Source: Rhizophagus irregularis (Eukaryota). From it: 64,000 bases of DNA. Below are positions 39,880 to 53,924 of this stretch, one piece after another. The translations under genes and the position numbers were made by a program. How positions within the stretch are numbered: the first letter of the stretch is position 1; every line of letters starts with the position of its first letter. The stretch spans positions 4,650,001-4,714,000 of the forward strand of contig NC_089434.1 in the NCBI RefSeq assembly GCF_026210795.1, written 5' to 3'. The notes below the pieces were generated by a model. The model ran no database searches and was not told the DNA's origin. It saw nothing but the letters and a program-made list of their open reading frames with translations.

Positions 39880-40430
39880 GCGTTTCTTTGGCCTTTCCCT
39901 TGGGCCTTTATCTTGTTTTCTCTACCTTGAAAGAATTCAATCATGACTCTCCAATGATTTTAATTCGTTTCTCGGTTACAATATCGGTACTAGTAAGATA
40001 TCATCTATAACCAATTCATCATATGATTTTTTTCCATAATATTATAAGTCTTTCATTAATCTATTAAAAAATGCATAATGATATGTGTTTTCGTTTAGCT
40101 TACATTTATTTTAAAGCCAAATCGTATTATTCCTAATAAGAACTTATTACTATTTCTTCATTATAGTCACGTGCAAGTGTATAACTCCTAAACTCTTACG
40201 TACGCACGGTGCGTACGTTAGGGAACCTGGTACTTCTTAACCATATCTCTAATCCAACATGGCGTGATTTGAGTAAAATAATTCATGTATTCAAATATTG
40301 GTTCTCTTGATAATTTATATGAAGGTAATAAAAGGTTTTCTGATTCAATCGGTAAAAAATTGGCTATTGCTTTATAATTGTATCCACCCTAATCCAGCAA
40401 CTTCACACCATTCTTCGCACCATTATCCTC
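39880..40430 (-). pseudogene. Decayed F-box/LRR paralog
   Basis: EWCEVA..LYKAIANFLPIESENLLLP..EPIFEYMNYFTQITPCWIRDMVKK aligns to FYNTIAHFLP..EPTFEYMLYFTRMSSFMVGDMV of 7712-9415. Confidence 0.75.
40161..40230 (+). mobile_element. Possible miniature Helitron / Helitron 3' end
   Basis: Hairpin ACGTACGCAC-G-GTGCGTACGT (40198-40218) is followed 8 nt later by CTGG|T (CTRR). It interrupts the F-box pseudogene. Confidence 0.5.
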
Positions 40431-42407
40431 ATAGCACTAAACTATTTCCTTGTGAATATATATCAGTCCTATTCTAAAACGGTTATAATATTGACACTTT
40501 CTCTAAAAAATATATTGCTATTGCGAAAGACTTTCGCTCAACTATATGTGACATACACCCTTCGTTGTTATTCAATCCTACATACCTTTGAAATTATATC
40601 ATAGTATTACGTTCATTATTTCGTTTTTCTAGTTGTAAACGAACTTAATATACTTTATAAGATATTACGTTAGTTACGCTAATTAGGTCATTGTTAAAAA
40701 TAAATCTACACTAATAGTTCTCGTGTTGGTCGTCAATTGAATATAGTTATATTTCTGGGAGGGCTTACAGCAACGAAAGTAAGGGTATGTAAAAAAAACG
40801 GAACTGAAATAAGTAAAAATTAATTCAGAATATTAAATCACAAATTAAAAATATATCTATCTTTATTAAACCGAACTGAAAGAAATAATAACTTACCCAT
40901 ATAAAATTGTTAAAGGTGAAAATCAAAAACATTGGTCTTGTGAATATCGCCAGTTGGGACTAACTAACTATATTTAAAATTAGAAATTCCGTATGAATTC
41001 CGTCTAAAAATTTTATGGGGCAATTTATATACTTGTATCACAGAGCGAAACCTTAACAGGTAATATTAACTATTAATTTGGGTTTACAGACTTACAGGTA
41101 TGGGTAAAATCGTAATTTTTTTTTTAAAAAAAAAAATATTTATAAACCTATTCTTCAAGTCGACAGTAGATAATTAAATTTTAATCTTTTCAAATATCGA
41201 CTTACAAGTTACATCCCTGTGAAAATTTTTTGAAAAAGCTCTCATAAATGATCATTTTTCGACTTTGATTTCTCCTAAGACGTAGGATGAGTGAAAAGGA
41301 AAATCTTGAAGACAAAAGTCTAACAAGAGCTAGAGTTAAAACGTTTGGTGAATTAAACTTATTGAACTAAAATTAGTTGGACGTTCCCGTAGTGATTCCT
41401 TCCTGTCAGGTTATATGTTATTATAACAACAAGAGAATTCATAATATCATTGAGCATTTCTTCAAAACTCAACTGCATTATCAATTGACCATGGTCAAAG
41501 GTGGATGCTCTGAAATTTATATAGCAGCATATCCATTACAATATTTATTAAAGAAAAGCAATAAGTCAATACCTCGCAGACTTTATTACTAACAGACAAC
41601 GATATGAAGAAACTGAATATGGATCTGATTGAAAATATTAAACAAAATCTTAATTTCAAATAGTACATTCATTGGCAGATTTTATGAAAAAAAAAATTAG
41701 CTTTAGAAGAATATGAAAGTCAAAAAAGGCTTGAATTAGAAGGAGTTAGAAAAGAGTAAGTTGGAAATAGAAAAATTACGTACTGGAAATGAAAAAGTTA
41801 AATTAGCACCAAATAATATTAGTATTACATATAATTCATTTACGGATGAACCAAGTGAAAATTCATATTACAAAATTTAGGACAAGGAAAAATGTATCAA
41901 GAAAATTGAATAACGGTACGGATCAATGCATGATAAACAAAATATGAATAATAATGAAGATATTAAAGCGGAATTAACAAAAATCACTAATAAAGAGGAA
42001 CAAAATAAAATGAAACAGAATTTTTTGAGATTAAATGCGATAAACAACAGTGAAATATATTGTAATGATTGCATGTCACGAGAAGTTACAGTTTATTATA
42101 TATATATTTATTGCTATTAAATATGACACTAATTCGTCAGATGACATTAATTCGTCAGAAATTCATGGACGAGATGATGACATTAATATATACATCCTTT
42201 ATATCATTATGGCTTAGTATTATTATTACTTAACATACTAGAAGGGATTTTCCTCATACGTGGACGCAAAGTTTGGTTGAAATTTGAGCATATAAAAGAG
42301 AAATTTAAGTTGGTTTAAGATATTTAAACATTCGATAGTGTACGCGTGGGGTATTTAGATAATATGACGAGCGGCTTATGAATTAATAATATTAGAATAG
42401 TTATGTA

Positions 42408-42905
42408 CAGTCAACGCTCGTTATAGTGAAGCTCGTTATAGTAAATTTGGCTTATAGCGAACTTTCTTTATTCCCCCAGTTCACTTACTAATAGATCTTA
42501 TTCGTTATAGTAAACTTACTAATAAAATCTCGATGTTACTTTTTAAAAATTTTATATAGAACGTATATTATAAATTTATATTCAAATCATTAGGTATATT
42601 GTTCACGAATCACTTTAAACACAAATTTAGGATTGGTATTTCACTTTATTATTGATATTATTTGTATAAGGAATTAAATTTACAAGATCATACTATGAAA
42701 TCCAATAGAACTATTATCAGATAAAGAAATTATAAATAATTCATTGGTCTAAATATACACAGAATTGGAAATTCTTAATGCTTTAAAATCAAAAATTAAA
42801 TACTTTTGTTTAATAAAAGAAACTTTTTATTGTATTAATATAAGGTTCACTATAAAGAAATCTTTCATGTTTGTGAATATTTGTTATAGTGAAGAGCTTT
42901 GACTG
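42408..42905. mobile_element. Tc1/pogo-type MITE
   Basis: TA|CAGTCAACGCTC ... GAGCTTTGACTG|TA with internal (C)GTTATAGT repeats. Confidence 0.75.
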
Positions 42906-44017
42906 TAGTTTATTATTTTTATTTTGTATTACTTTAATTATTTTAATAAATTGCTGTGATTAAAAAAAAAAATTAAGATATTTAATATCAAAAATACTTG
43001 TTCATTAATCATATTTTTATTTTACATTGTAAAAATATACTGATATTGAAAATTACATTTATATTGAATATTACTATAATATATTACATATTTTAACCCT
43101 TATATTAATCTAAAAAAACTGATACTTAAGGTAAATGTATAACATCATAATTTACTATTATAAGAGTAGTGTAATAAGCATAATAAAATATTAAATCTAT
43201 ATAATATTTTTTTAAACTAAAAATGTTATAAACATTTTGCATAAAGTTTATAAAGTTATAAATAGTCATTTGTTTTTTGCAAATAAATAATCTTGAATTT
43301 TAAAAGTTGAATTATTAATGAAAATTAAATAGCAATTATATAATTATATTAAATTCTTAAAAAAATATACAAAAATTAAATACAAGTGAATTTAATTTAC
43401 TAAATAATTTTATTGTAGTGACTATTATCTATAAATAACAATAATCCAAAATTTGAAATTTTATTTATTTATAGTATTGTATAACTTATTTTTTAAAGTA
43501 CTTGTTAAAATATAATAATTGCTATATAAGCGGCAAAATTTTTTTTTGCCATATTATATGAAAACCCTGAGCAATATATATATAGATAACAAAAGATCAA
43601 AATTTTTATAATAGTTCTATGCAAGGTTTTTATTAATACAAATAAGTAAATTCAATATAAAATAAGCAATCTAATCATATGACTTTATAAAAAATATTTT
43701 TAATACAAAAATCAGAAATAAAATATGATGATCATTTCCAATTGCCATTTTATTGTTTTTTTGTAATAATAATTTAATATTTCTTCATTTTTTCAATAAT
43801 ATTATCCTGACTAAAATATTTATCATAATATTTCTTTTTATTTCCTACTAACTTTAGCATATTACTATCAATTAAACTTTTGTTTCTGAAATATGATAAA
43901 CTATGTTTGATGGTATATAATATATTAAAATATTACATCCTTTTTTAATTAAATTGCTAAAAACATTAAAATGAATGGGAATATATACATGTAATAAAAT
44001 ATAGGAAATATCATTAA

Positions 44018-44522
44018 TTCGTGATCCGCCAGTGAACCATAAAATTTGACTATTAAAAGGTGGTGATAAGTTCATATATATTTTTATCAATAATTTAGAA
44101 TCTGCGATTCTGGAGAAAAAATATGGGATAACTCGCCTTCTATTAGTCACGGAGACATAAAATTATTACCATTAGATGCGTCTCAACAAGACGAATCTGA
44201 TGAACCAAATTTTATTTTTCTACGACCACTAGATGATGAGTTATCTTTAAAATTTTTAAAATACTAAATTTTTTTTTTTTCAAATTCAAATTTTCAGCTC
44301 TTATGAAAGTGTCTTTTAGTGCTTAAAATTTTTACCAGTCTTTTATTACTAAAATAGCCAAATAGCATATTTTTATGTCTATAATATTAGTTTTCATATT
44401 ATATTTTAGTAATTTGTACCTTGCATTGCCAGAACTGTAGATTCCGCGCTATTAGTAAATATATATATAACTTTCACTGGAATTTAATAGCCAAGTTTTA
44501 TGGTTCACTGGCGGATCACGAA
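44018..44522. mobile_element. 505-bp non-autonomous element, TTAA TSD (piggyBac-like)
   Basis: Perfect TIR TTCGTGATCCGCCAGTGAACCATAAAA; the empty site in the intact copy is CATTAATAG (~29022-29030). Confidence 0.85.
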
Positions 44523-45189
44523 TTAATAGTTTTAACTAGTTTATCTGTATAACAATGCTTTCCATATACTTTAAAATAAACTGATATAACACATCCTATG
44601 CATATTTTATTATCATATCTTATAAATATATAATGTCCCTTTACCAATAGAAATTTACAAATTATGTTTGCATTCTCAATATTTGGAACTTATAAATTTA
44701 TAAATAATTATTAAAATTAGTAATAACAATTTTAATTTTATTTTATGCATTTAATACTTACTTTGAATTGTATTAATATAAGATTTTCTTTTATTAATCA
44801 TTTTTTTTTTTCTTGATTTTTCTAATTTTTTTATATGTAATTGTACAAATGTAAAAGCCAGATTTTTTCTATTATCTTTCTATTTTTTTTCTTTTTATAT
44901 GACAAATCTCTATTCCAAATTTTCATTTTTTGTAAAATAAGTCACAAAGTGATTTACTTTATTTGGTTAAATAGAAATATTGTTACAGGCTTAAATTTTT
45001 TTTCAAGAAGTTTTAAGCAATATGCTTTATATAATTTTCTTTAATTAATTAATAATTCAAAATTCAAATTGTCATTAATAAAATATTTGAATTTATTGTT
45101 AATTATTAATTAAAAAATAATCAGTATAATAAAATATTAAATACAGGACTGACCATCATAATAAAAATTAAATTTTAGAAATAAACTTA

Positions 45190-45347
45190 GGGCACTATCA
45201 GAAATTACCTAATATCACTTTAATATAAGAGCTTACTTCTCCCCCCTTAGATAAGATATATTATATATATAATTTCTTATATAATATTATATGTAATCTA
45301 AGATTTTTCCCTCCCCCTAAAATATTAGGTAATATCTGACAGCACCC
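45190..45347. mobile_element. PIF/Harbinger (Tourist-like) MITE, TTA TSD
   Basis: TTA|GGGCACTATCAGA...TCTGACAGCACCC|TTA; absent from the intact copy; second copy at 59821-59982. Confidence 0.85.
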
Positions 45348-45360
45348 TTATTACTATCAC

Positions 45361-45739
45361 TAGAAATGTTGGGCGAAACTGAAATATTTAGTCATTTAAC
45401 AAAATTGAAATAGTTTAAACATTTAAATTAAAAGACGAAATGCCAAAATTCAATATTCCATGGTATTTCTATAGATTTTTATAAATTTCCATGGATTTTT
45501 AATTATAATAATTACTTAAAAAAAATAAATTTTATTAAAATATAATATTTTTTAAAAAGAATTTATAAAACTATTATAAATATAATTAATTTTATATATT
45601 TTTATAATAAAACTATAATTTTATATAATTAAAATTAAAATTAAAAATTATTATTATATAGTTTAGTTAATGACAAAACTGAAACTAGTTGGTGATAAAA
45701 CTGAAATTTTTGCAAAAAAAGTTTAGGCAAGTATCACTA
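45361..45739. mobile_element. hAT-like MITE, 8-bp TSD
   Basis: ACTATCAC|TAGAAATG...TATCACTA|ACTATTAC; internal AAACTGAAA repeats; absent from the intact copy. Confidence 0.7.
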
Positions 45740-46603
45740 ACTATTACCACCATTTAAAATTGACATAACAGTTATTTTATCAAGTAATTGAATTTGAGAA
45801 TAACAGTTATTAAATATCTTTTTATTTTCAAGATTTTCTTCTAATTGTTCATTAATCTTTTGTATTTCAGAAGAGACTTTGTTAATTGCTGTAAATAAAT
45901 CAATTTCACAATCGCTAGGTAGTCCATTTTCATCATTGTTATGTAAATTTTCTTCATCATTATTAATATTAATAAAAATTGTAGGAGTATTGTTATTAAT
46001 TGATAAAGTAGATGGCTAAATCATTCCAAGAAATTCAGCAAGTTCTCTTGCTAAATGTTGTAAATAATAAAAAGTTTGTAACATTTGTTTATCTGATAGG
46101 TAAAGTCAAAGTTTTTGCATTGATAGTTCATCTAAAAAGTCAGAATTATAATCAAAATTATAGCTTACAAGTAAAAAATTCAATACAGAAATTTTTATAT
46201 ATAAATATTTAGCAAAATATTTTTTAAATCAAAAATACCTTCATAAACAGACTTTTCTTTTTTAAAATTTAGTTTCTTATTTCTAAGTACCTTTGTATAT
46301 TATGATATTTTTATGATATCTTTGGTAGTATTTGAATGATTTCTGCAAAACTAAAATCAGTATTTATTTATCTTGCTACCAAAAAAATGCTTATAAAGTT
46401 CAGTACCAAACATCCAAGAAATTAGAATAATATTTATGATAGGTCTTGACTAATAAAACTATTAATTGATAAAGAGAAATAAGTATTGAAAATATTTGGT
46501 CAGTCAAAAAATTCTGGTTTATCGTAATAAAATTAGAATATTTTTATATAAGCGTTTTAATATAGAATTGCCAAAGATATAAGAAGAAAAAACCAGTCAT
46601 TAT

Positions 46604-49075
46604 TAGGATCCCAGACATCTCTAAAACAGGTTATAAGTCACACTTTTAGGCAAATATAGTATAGTAGCCTTTATTTTTATTAATTATTTATTGAACTTTA
46701 CAAATTTATATATAAGAAAAAAGAAAATAAAATAAACTAATTAAAAATAAAGCTATATAGTCTTCTAAGAAGAAATTAAAATTAAAAGAAAAATCAAAAG
46801 AAAATTCGCTAATACTAATACTTTTTAGATCTTCCTCCTTGATATATTTTAATCAAAATAGAAGCAACTATGCTAACAAAATAATGAATAATATGTCCAC
46901 TATTAAAATCGACACTCCATCTTGCAAAAGCTGTTATTAAGTAGTACTGTTAAACAACCTGAAATGTGATTAAATCAAGATAATCCATATTACATCGAGT
47001 TTTCAACCAATCGGTTCCAGAGTCATGTGAATCAACATGGGTCAGAGAAGGTAAAAAGGAATAAAGTAAGTACGAAAACTTGGGCAAATCAGAAGACCTT
47101 GAAGAGTTTTTAAGTTTTGAAGAAATGTTCATTGCATGTTTAAAATTTATTAACAAAATTATTGTGAATAGCAGTAATCACATTCATTACAGAAGGTCAA
47201 GATATATCTAAACTGATGAAAATATCAAGAAAAGTGGCAGGTAAGCAACCTCAAACTAGACTATAAGCAGACCAATTTATAGAAGAGAAGAACCAATAAG
47301 AAAGAAAAGCAATTCTAGCAATTTGGACAGAAAAATCATGATTAATGAGTTTGCCAGCTTCAGTAATCTTGATTATAAGGTAGCATAAATAAGAATTAAA
47401 AATTTGTTGCATGATGTGATGATGTCATTTGTATATAAATAAGTGCATAAAATCTTTAAGTTGGTTTTCACAAGAGCGACAAATAAGGATATCAATATAA
47501 AGATCAGGTCAGAGCAGCTTGAGTTTCTCTAGAGTAGATAAATCTTTCAAAAAAAGTTAAAATTTTATTGTATAATGTTGGGAAGCATTCGCCAATCGCC
47601 AAGATGAAAGAATCATCATATTTGGATTGATACATTAAAGTATGTTAAGTAAGTGCCCAATCAATTGTATAATGACCCTATAAAAAGTATTATACTTAAA
47701 ATATATTTAAAATATATTTAAAATATACTTAATTTAAAAATTGCAAAATACTTAAAATTATCTTAAAACATATGTCTAATATATTTAATTTTTGCCCATA
47801 TACTTAAAATATATTTAAATTATATTTAAATTAAAATTTAAGTATATTATAAGACTATTATAAGTATATTTTTTATGTATTTAAAATATACTTAAAATAT
47901 ATTATAAAATATATTATAAGTATATTTTAAGTATGTAAAAAAATATATCTATAATATACTTAAATTTTGATTTAAGTATAATTTAAGTATATTTTAAGTA
48001 TTTTGGCAAAAATTAAATATATTAGAAATATATTTTAAGATAATTTTAAATACATTTTAAGTATATTATAAGTATTTCGCAATTTTTAAATTAAATATAT
48101 TTTAAGTATAATTTAAATATATTTTAAAAAGTTTTTAATTATATTTTAAATATAAATACTTTTTATAGGGTAAGAGAAGTATGTCATAAGAGAGCAGAAA
48201 CAGAAACATGAAAGCTTCAAAAGATCTTACATATAAAAAGTTTAGTGGTATTGTTTGAATAAATGACAAGGATTGGATTTACAAATGACATTATTATAAT
48301 ACAGAATGAAGTCATAGATCACAGCTTGATTAAAGCGAGAGATGAGAATAGTATCATCTAAGGTGTATGTTGAATTGGCCAAATAATTGCAAAATCATTC
48401 AAAAAAGAATTGGAATACACTTTGACTTTGTAAGGTAAAACGGACAAATTTTTATCAGTAATTAATTTTTAAATAATAACCTAAAGTTCAAAATTATTAA
48501 GTTCCTTATATGTTTTCTAAAATTCTAAAAGTTTTTTACTTTCTAATATAATTCTAATTGAAGGTTAAGTAGTTTTGTAATAAAGGCAGGAATTGAAATA
48601 TATGAATAATGAGTATTGCTTCAGGTCATTGATAGAAATTTGCGAATCTGTGTAGATACTAGATAGAGACCACAGAATTGACAGGAGACATAGTAAGTGC
48701 AGTATAAATAGCAGCAGCTTCAGCATGAAAAGAAGAAAGCCAATCTCAAATAATGCCATATGCATAAGACACAATTGAGTTAGGAAAACCAGAGTCTGGC
48801 ACAATTTGAACCTAACTCCAATTCATAGAAATATTACGAAACCCTAAATTAATTAGAGAACTATTAGTATTAAAGAAAATATAATGCAAGTTTGAAACAA
48901 TCACCAAAGGAGAAGAAACAAAAGCAGCTTCAGCTGAAAGTGCAGGAGAAATAGTTTCAGCCTTATTAACGTGGGTAGATATAGTAGGTAAATCAAGTGA
49001 TTTTAAATTTTTTGCACTAGTAAATATAGATCTAAAAACTTAAAGTTCTTGTGGCTTTTTGTTTTTAAAGCATTT
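46604..49075 (-). mobile_element. Decayed non-LTR retrotransposon (RNase H and C-terminal zinc-finger region)
   Basis: HAEAAAII...IYTDSQISI (RNase H-like) and YIDILICRSCENQLKDFMHLF (zf-RVT-like); many stops. Confidence 0.65.
47676..48170. mobile_element. 495-bp foldback MITE with CCCTATAAAAAGTATT termini
   Basis: Terminal inverted repeats plus largely self-complementary internal AT repeats (TACTTAAAATATA / TATATTTTAAGTA); inserted in the LINE remnant. Confidence 0.85.
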
Positions 49076-49098
49076 TTAATAATAAATAAATTTTTAAG

Positions 49099-49280
49099 GA
49101 CAAGTTTAGACTATACTTTTCGTCAAAATGATAAAATACTAATTAAATTTATTTTGACAGACGTAATGTATTTTAACAGACGTAATTAATTCATAGTAAT
49201 TTTATAATAAATAGTGAATTGGTCTATTTGCCAAAATATGACATAATTAATTAGCGGAGAAGTATAGTTTAGACGTTGTC
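49099..49280. mobile_element. Small MITE
   Basis: Imperfect TIR GACAAGTTTAGACTATACTTTTC / GAGAAGTATAGTTTAGACGTTGTC. Confidence 0.5.
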
Positions 49281-50325
49281 ACCCCCGTTTGCCACCTGGC
49301 GGTAAATAAAGTTCACTGCTTCTATTATATGTGTTCTCAGCGAAACATTAATATTCTTGCTTGGTTTAGTTTTAAATCTTTAACTTAATTTTCATCATTT
49401 TCTAATTCTTTATATTCATATTTACTTCATCATTTGAATACTTATTTAACATTAATTAAAACTTAGGTGAACCATAAGTATATTCGAGATAACTTTTAAT
49501 AATTAACGTTTTTACAAACATTTATGAACCCTTCACCCATATGATTGTGTACATTCCGACTAACTGAACTATTATGTTCGTGCGTTTCTTATATATCAAA
49601 TGGTAAAGGAATCCATTATTTAACATACTTTTTCATCATAAGAAAACAGTATAAAAGAATCGATAATCATTAATTAATGGGTAAAAAGTACTTTATTTAT
49701 ATTTTGATCTTCATAAAATTCACAACTAACTAAATTACCTAAAATTCAAAATCCTCACTGGCGACTGTAGAATTCACTTTCCATTCCGCTCCTATTTAAA
49801 CCAACTTTCTTATTCTTTCTTTTCTTACTTCTTATTTCTTTCTAATATTTTATGTTATGTGTTATCTTTTATACGCTATCTTGTATGCTATCTTTTATAT
49901 ATGATCTTTTCTATATGCTATTTTATATACTATTTTATATGTTATCTTTTCTTTCTTTCAAATATTACATTGTAAAGAAATAATTTATAATCCATCTTTT
50001 GTGGCTGTGCTATCTTTTTGTATCATCTTTCCATATTATCTTTTATATTATCTTTTCATATTGTCCCATAATCTATCTTTTGTAGCTTATAGTTCCTCCC
50101 CCTAATTATTCCTGTTGACGAACTTGATAAATTGGTTGCTAAGCCGCATCGATCGACCCTCTGATTGATCTATTGGTTCGTCGTTAATCATTTAATAAAC
50201 ATTACATCATGTAGATCATTCCTTCTCCTAAACATTTATCCTTTCTGGCTAATTATTTATCCGATCATGTGACTTTCTATTCCATTAAGTTCGATATCCA
50301 TGGTTACAACGTGACACACTTTTTA

Positions 50326-50437
50326 AATAAAATAAGCTTTTTATAATAAAAATGTAATAAAATAAACTTTTATAAATAAAAATGTAATAAAATAAGCTTT
50401 TATAAATAAAAATATAATAAAATAAGCTTTTTATAAA
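50326..50437. repeat. 30-bp AT-rich minisatellite, ~3.5 copies
   Basis: TATAAATAAAAATGTAATAAAATAAGCTTT repeated. Confidence 0.8.
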
Positions 50438-51689
50438 TTATTTTTATCATAGGACGTTAGTCTCTAGAGAATAAAACAGTTATTTCATAAGAATATCTAT
50501 ATCTATGAATGTCATTATTTTTATAGCTATGCTGTGAAAATTAATAATATCTACGGATTTCTATGAAATAACTATTACAAATAAAATTAATAAAATAAAT
50601 AAATTAAATATATCAGATTTATCAGATTTATCAAAAAAATCAAGAGATCTATGAAATAATCTACATAAAATTACTGCGCCACATTTCTTATTTAACAATA
50701 TATATTGTATATTTTATAATACTTTTAATATTGTTATATGATGATCTGTTTATTTTTACTAGTCTAATTTTTAAAGTGCTATTGATTCAATAATCTTTTT
50801 ATGAAGCTTTGGCATTTAAAACATTAAAACTTTGCATAAATGACTTCTATTCCACTCTTTACTATTTATAATTACTTGAAAAAACTTAAAAAGGTATTTT
50901 TTTAAACTTTTTACCTTAATTTGAACGACTAAAAAGTTAACTTTAAAAAATAACATTATTTTAATCAGCTTATTTCAGAAAACAAATATTCAATATGCTC
51001 TAAATTTGCAGAAATCTTAAATAATTATTATTTGACCTTAATGTTTACTTGAGAATAATTCTTAATGTCAAAAACTGTACCACTTCTTATAGAAATTCAT
51101 AGATAATGCTGTATGAAATGGATAATAAAATACAAAAACTAAAATTGGAAACAAGTTGTTTTTCCAATGAAATTACCTTTCAAATGTTTTAAAACACTCA
51201 ATAGCATTTTTATAAAGTTCACAAAAATCTATGGTAAAATACCTATAAAGTTCATACTTGAGGTACTTTTTTGGCAAAAGGAACAATTGGATTTTTTCTT
51301 TTCACATGTATTATAAATGGTACCTTCTATCATGAAATTTTAGTTAAAAATCTTTTTGATAATGCTGATGCTATTCTGTACTGGATTTTCCAGTACCCTA
51401 AACATAAATCTAATTAGAAATATCCAGAAATATTGGACTGGATGGCTTCAATCTGATCGAAAATTTATGGAAAGGAATGGGGGGATTGAAAAAAAGATAT
51501 GTTAATTCAGTAAATAGCATGTCTGCAAGATTGGAGCAGGTAATTGAACGTAATACCGATGGGATAGGAAATTATATTGTCATATCTTAGCCATTAATTA
51601 TTTCACTCCATTGTATCACTAATAACATTTTTTTTTGTAACTGATATTCTGATAATCTAAAAAATAAAAACCAAGAACGAGAAAATTTT

Positions 51690-52790
51690 AATAGTTTCTT
51701 CTGCTATTCGCTCTTTCAACTTTTTACAATTTTTTATACGCTAAGTCTGTTAAAACTAAAGTGTTTGAAAAGAATATCATCAAGAGAACGAACACGGAAA
51801 ATTGCTACAAATGACAAGCCAACCGCAAATTCCTTCTTCGATTTATGAGCTGTGGCCCACGCAAGAGAAAGTGGAAATTGCAAGCGAAAGCAACTTCCGG
51901 TTTTACGTCTTATAGGAACAATAAGTACAACCGGAATCCCTTCTATATTCCCTATTATACTGTCAAATAAAACTAAAATAACTGCAGGTAAAGAGGTGTA
52001 CTCGGGCTTCTCTTTATATAAAATATCTGTTATAAGACCAGCAGCATTCTGCATAATAATATTTCAGCTTCAATTCCTTTTGGAGTTTCGGGATCGGCTT
52101 TAGAAGCTTCAGATCCACCCGTATGTACCGCATGAATCTTAGCAACGGGTTGGTTTAATAATCGAAGTTATTCAAATTTACTTTATCCACTTCTTCACAT
52201 GTTTGTTATGACATTGATGGCATCTGAAGAAGTTTTTCTTTCTGATTCAAGAATATTTCTGGAATCCGCGTCATTAATAATTCCTAGTCGGATCGTGTAG
52301 ACTTTCCATCACGTAAGTGATATGGCAGATTTTTGAATTGCTGTTGTTTATCCGAGTTACCTGTTTGTCTTTGCATAGCCTCAAGTTTATAAATTTCTTG
52401 AAATTGACTATAGGCACTACAACCATCCTCAGATAAATGATCTGATTTTCGAGAGCCTGAGAATACATGGGCACCACATACCGGAGGAAGCTGCCCTAAG
52501 TCACCAACAAGAATTATGGATCGGCCACCAAAGGGAATATTGTAGTGATCCGGAATGCTTGTCGCAGTCGTAAATCAATTATAGCAAGAAAACGGCATCC
52601 TACCATACTCATTTCATCGATTATTAAATATTCTATATATTTAGTTTTCTTTGGAGTTTCTTAAAGATTCACCTTCAAGCTCAACTTTTACCCCGCATAT
52701 GGGAACAGAAAGCGACGAACGTATAGTGCTGCCTTCAATGTCAAAACCAGCATCACCTGTTGGAGCAACTACCATATTGTTCTCCGCTTA
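51690..52790 (-). pseudogene. PIF1-family helicase pseudogene (longer copy)
   Basis: APTG, IIDEMSMVG, FGGRSIILVGDLGQLPPV, RLQFPLSLAWATAHKS, GLSFVAIFRVRSL; near-identical to 13907-14400. Confidence 0.88.
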
Positions 52791-53319
52791 AGACCATATT
52801 CCTAATTCAATTAAAAGTAGGTACGTTTCTTTTTTTTCATAGATTTTTTAACCTTCTTTTTTCTTTAAACAAGGTTGAAAAAATTTTTTAAGTTAAATGA
52901 TAAAGAAAAATTATTTTATATATATTATATTAAGTCAGTTAATGAATAGAGAGGAGACACAACTACGAAATCTGAATGGAAAATTCTCGCAAGTACTATC
53001 TCAGGAGTCAGGACACGGTACCAAAATAAAGGCTTTTCAGAAAACTATCAACCTTTTCATATCTACAGATATAACAGACAGCCAACAACGGAATTATCCG
53101 AAAGGTGGACAATACAAAAAAAAAGCCGAAAATAATTCTAACACTCACTTCTGATAGTGAAGAATTGTCGGACAAGTCTTGTCCTTGATTTCTTTGTTCG
53201 CAATATTGAATCAGAAAAACCTCCGGAAAAAGTTCCGGAATTAATTTGTGACTCTCCGGATTATCCTAAATTAATATTCTTCCATAATTATATAAGATCA
53301 TCTAACGCAGTTTAGCACA

Positions 53320-53830
53320 TGACTTTATTACCTTCACTTGATTATATTAAAGAATTGAGAAGTTACAGCAAGTAGACCTTCGGACTTAATGAAGGTGAAT
53401 ATTACAACAATTAAGTCATCTAGCTCAGGATACACTTTAGAATGTAGATATCCGAAGGAATACAAAATAGCTAGATCACATTCTAAATCTTCAGCAAAAA
53501 AGCTTTACGTGGGACGATATGAAGAAGATTCCATATAATGTGTTACAGTGCTTATTAAATAGAACCCAAACTTGGAGGGATGATCCTAAGAATAAACTTG
53601 TATTGTTTCTGATATCGAAGCTACCACATACAGATACCATAGCTAAATCAGTGGTAAAGTCTTCAAATTGTAAAAGATATTAGAGTACTGTCTGCCTTTT
53701 TCTTACAGAACGTAGGAGACTTGGCAACAATATTAGCATTAGGCAACTGGTCTAGACGTTTTTAACAGGGGGGATAAAGTCAATGCTCGAAAGGAACCAG
53801 GTGTCAACCTCGATTTTAGATAACGCTAGA
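53320..53830 (+). pseudogene. DIRS-type tyrosine recombinase fragment (C-terminal half)
   Basis: Near-identical to 14860-15290; adds RPSDL and VLSAFFLQN..DLATILALGNWS. Confidence 0.8.
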
Positions 53831-53924
53831 TCAGTTATGTTATGATATTAATTTACGAATCTATGAAATACATTTGTAAATTAATGAATAATGGAGGGAC
53901 AATAGGATCACGTATTGGCCGCCC

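Larger units (their letters stand above)
43561..46603 (-). mobile_element. Truncated, hypermutated copy of the P-like element with three nested MITEs
   Basis: Collinear with 28558-30582, beginning with a degraded TIR AAACCCTGAGCAATATATATATAGATAACAA; it ends where the LINE remnant starts. Confidence 0.92.

Noticed and set aside
50700..51400. Possible decayed transposase
   Set aside because: No diagnostic motif could be read with confidence.
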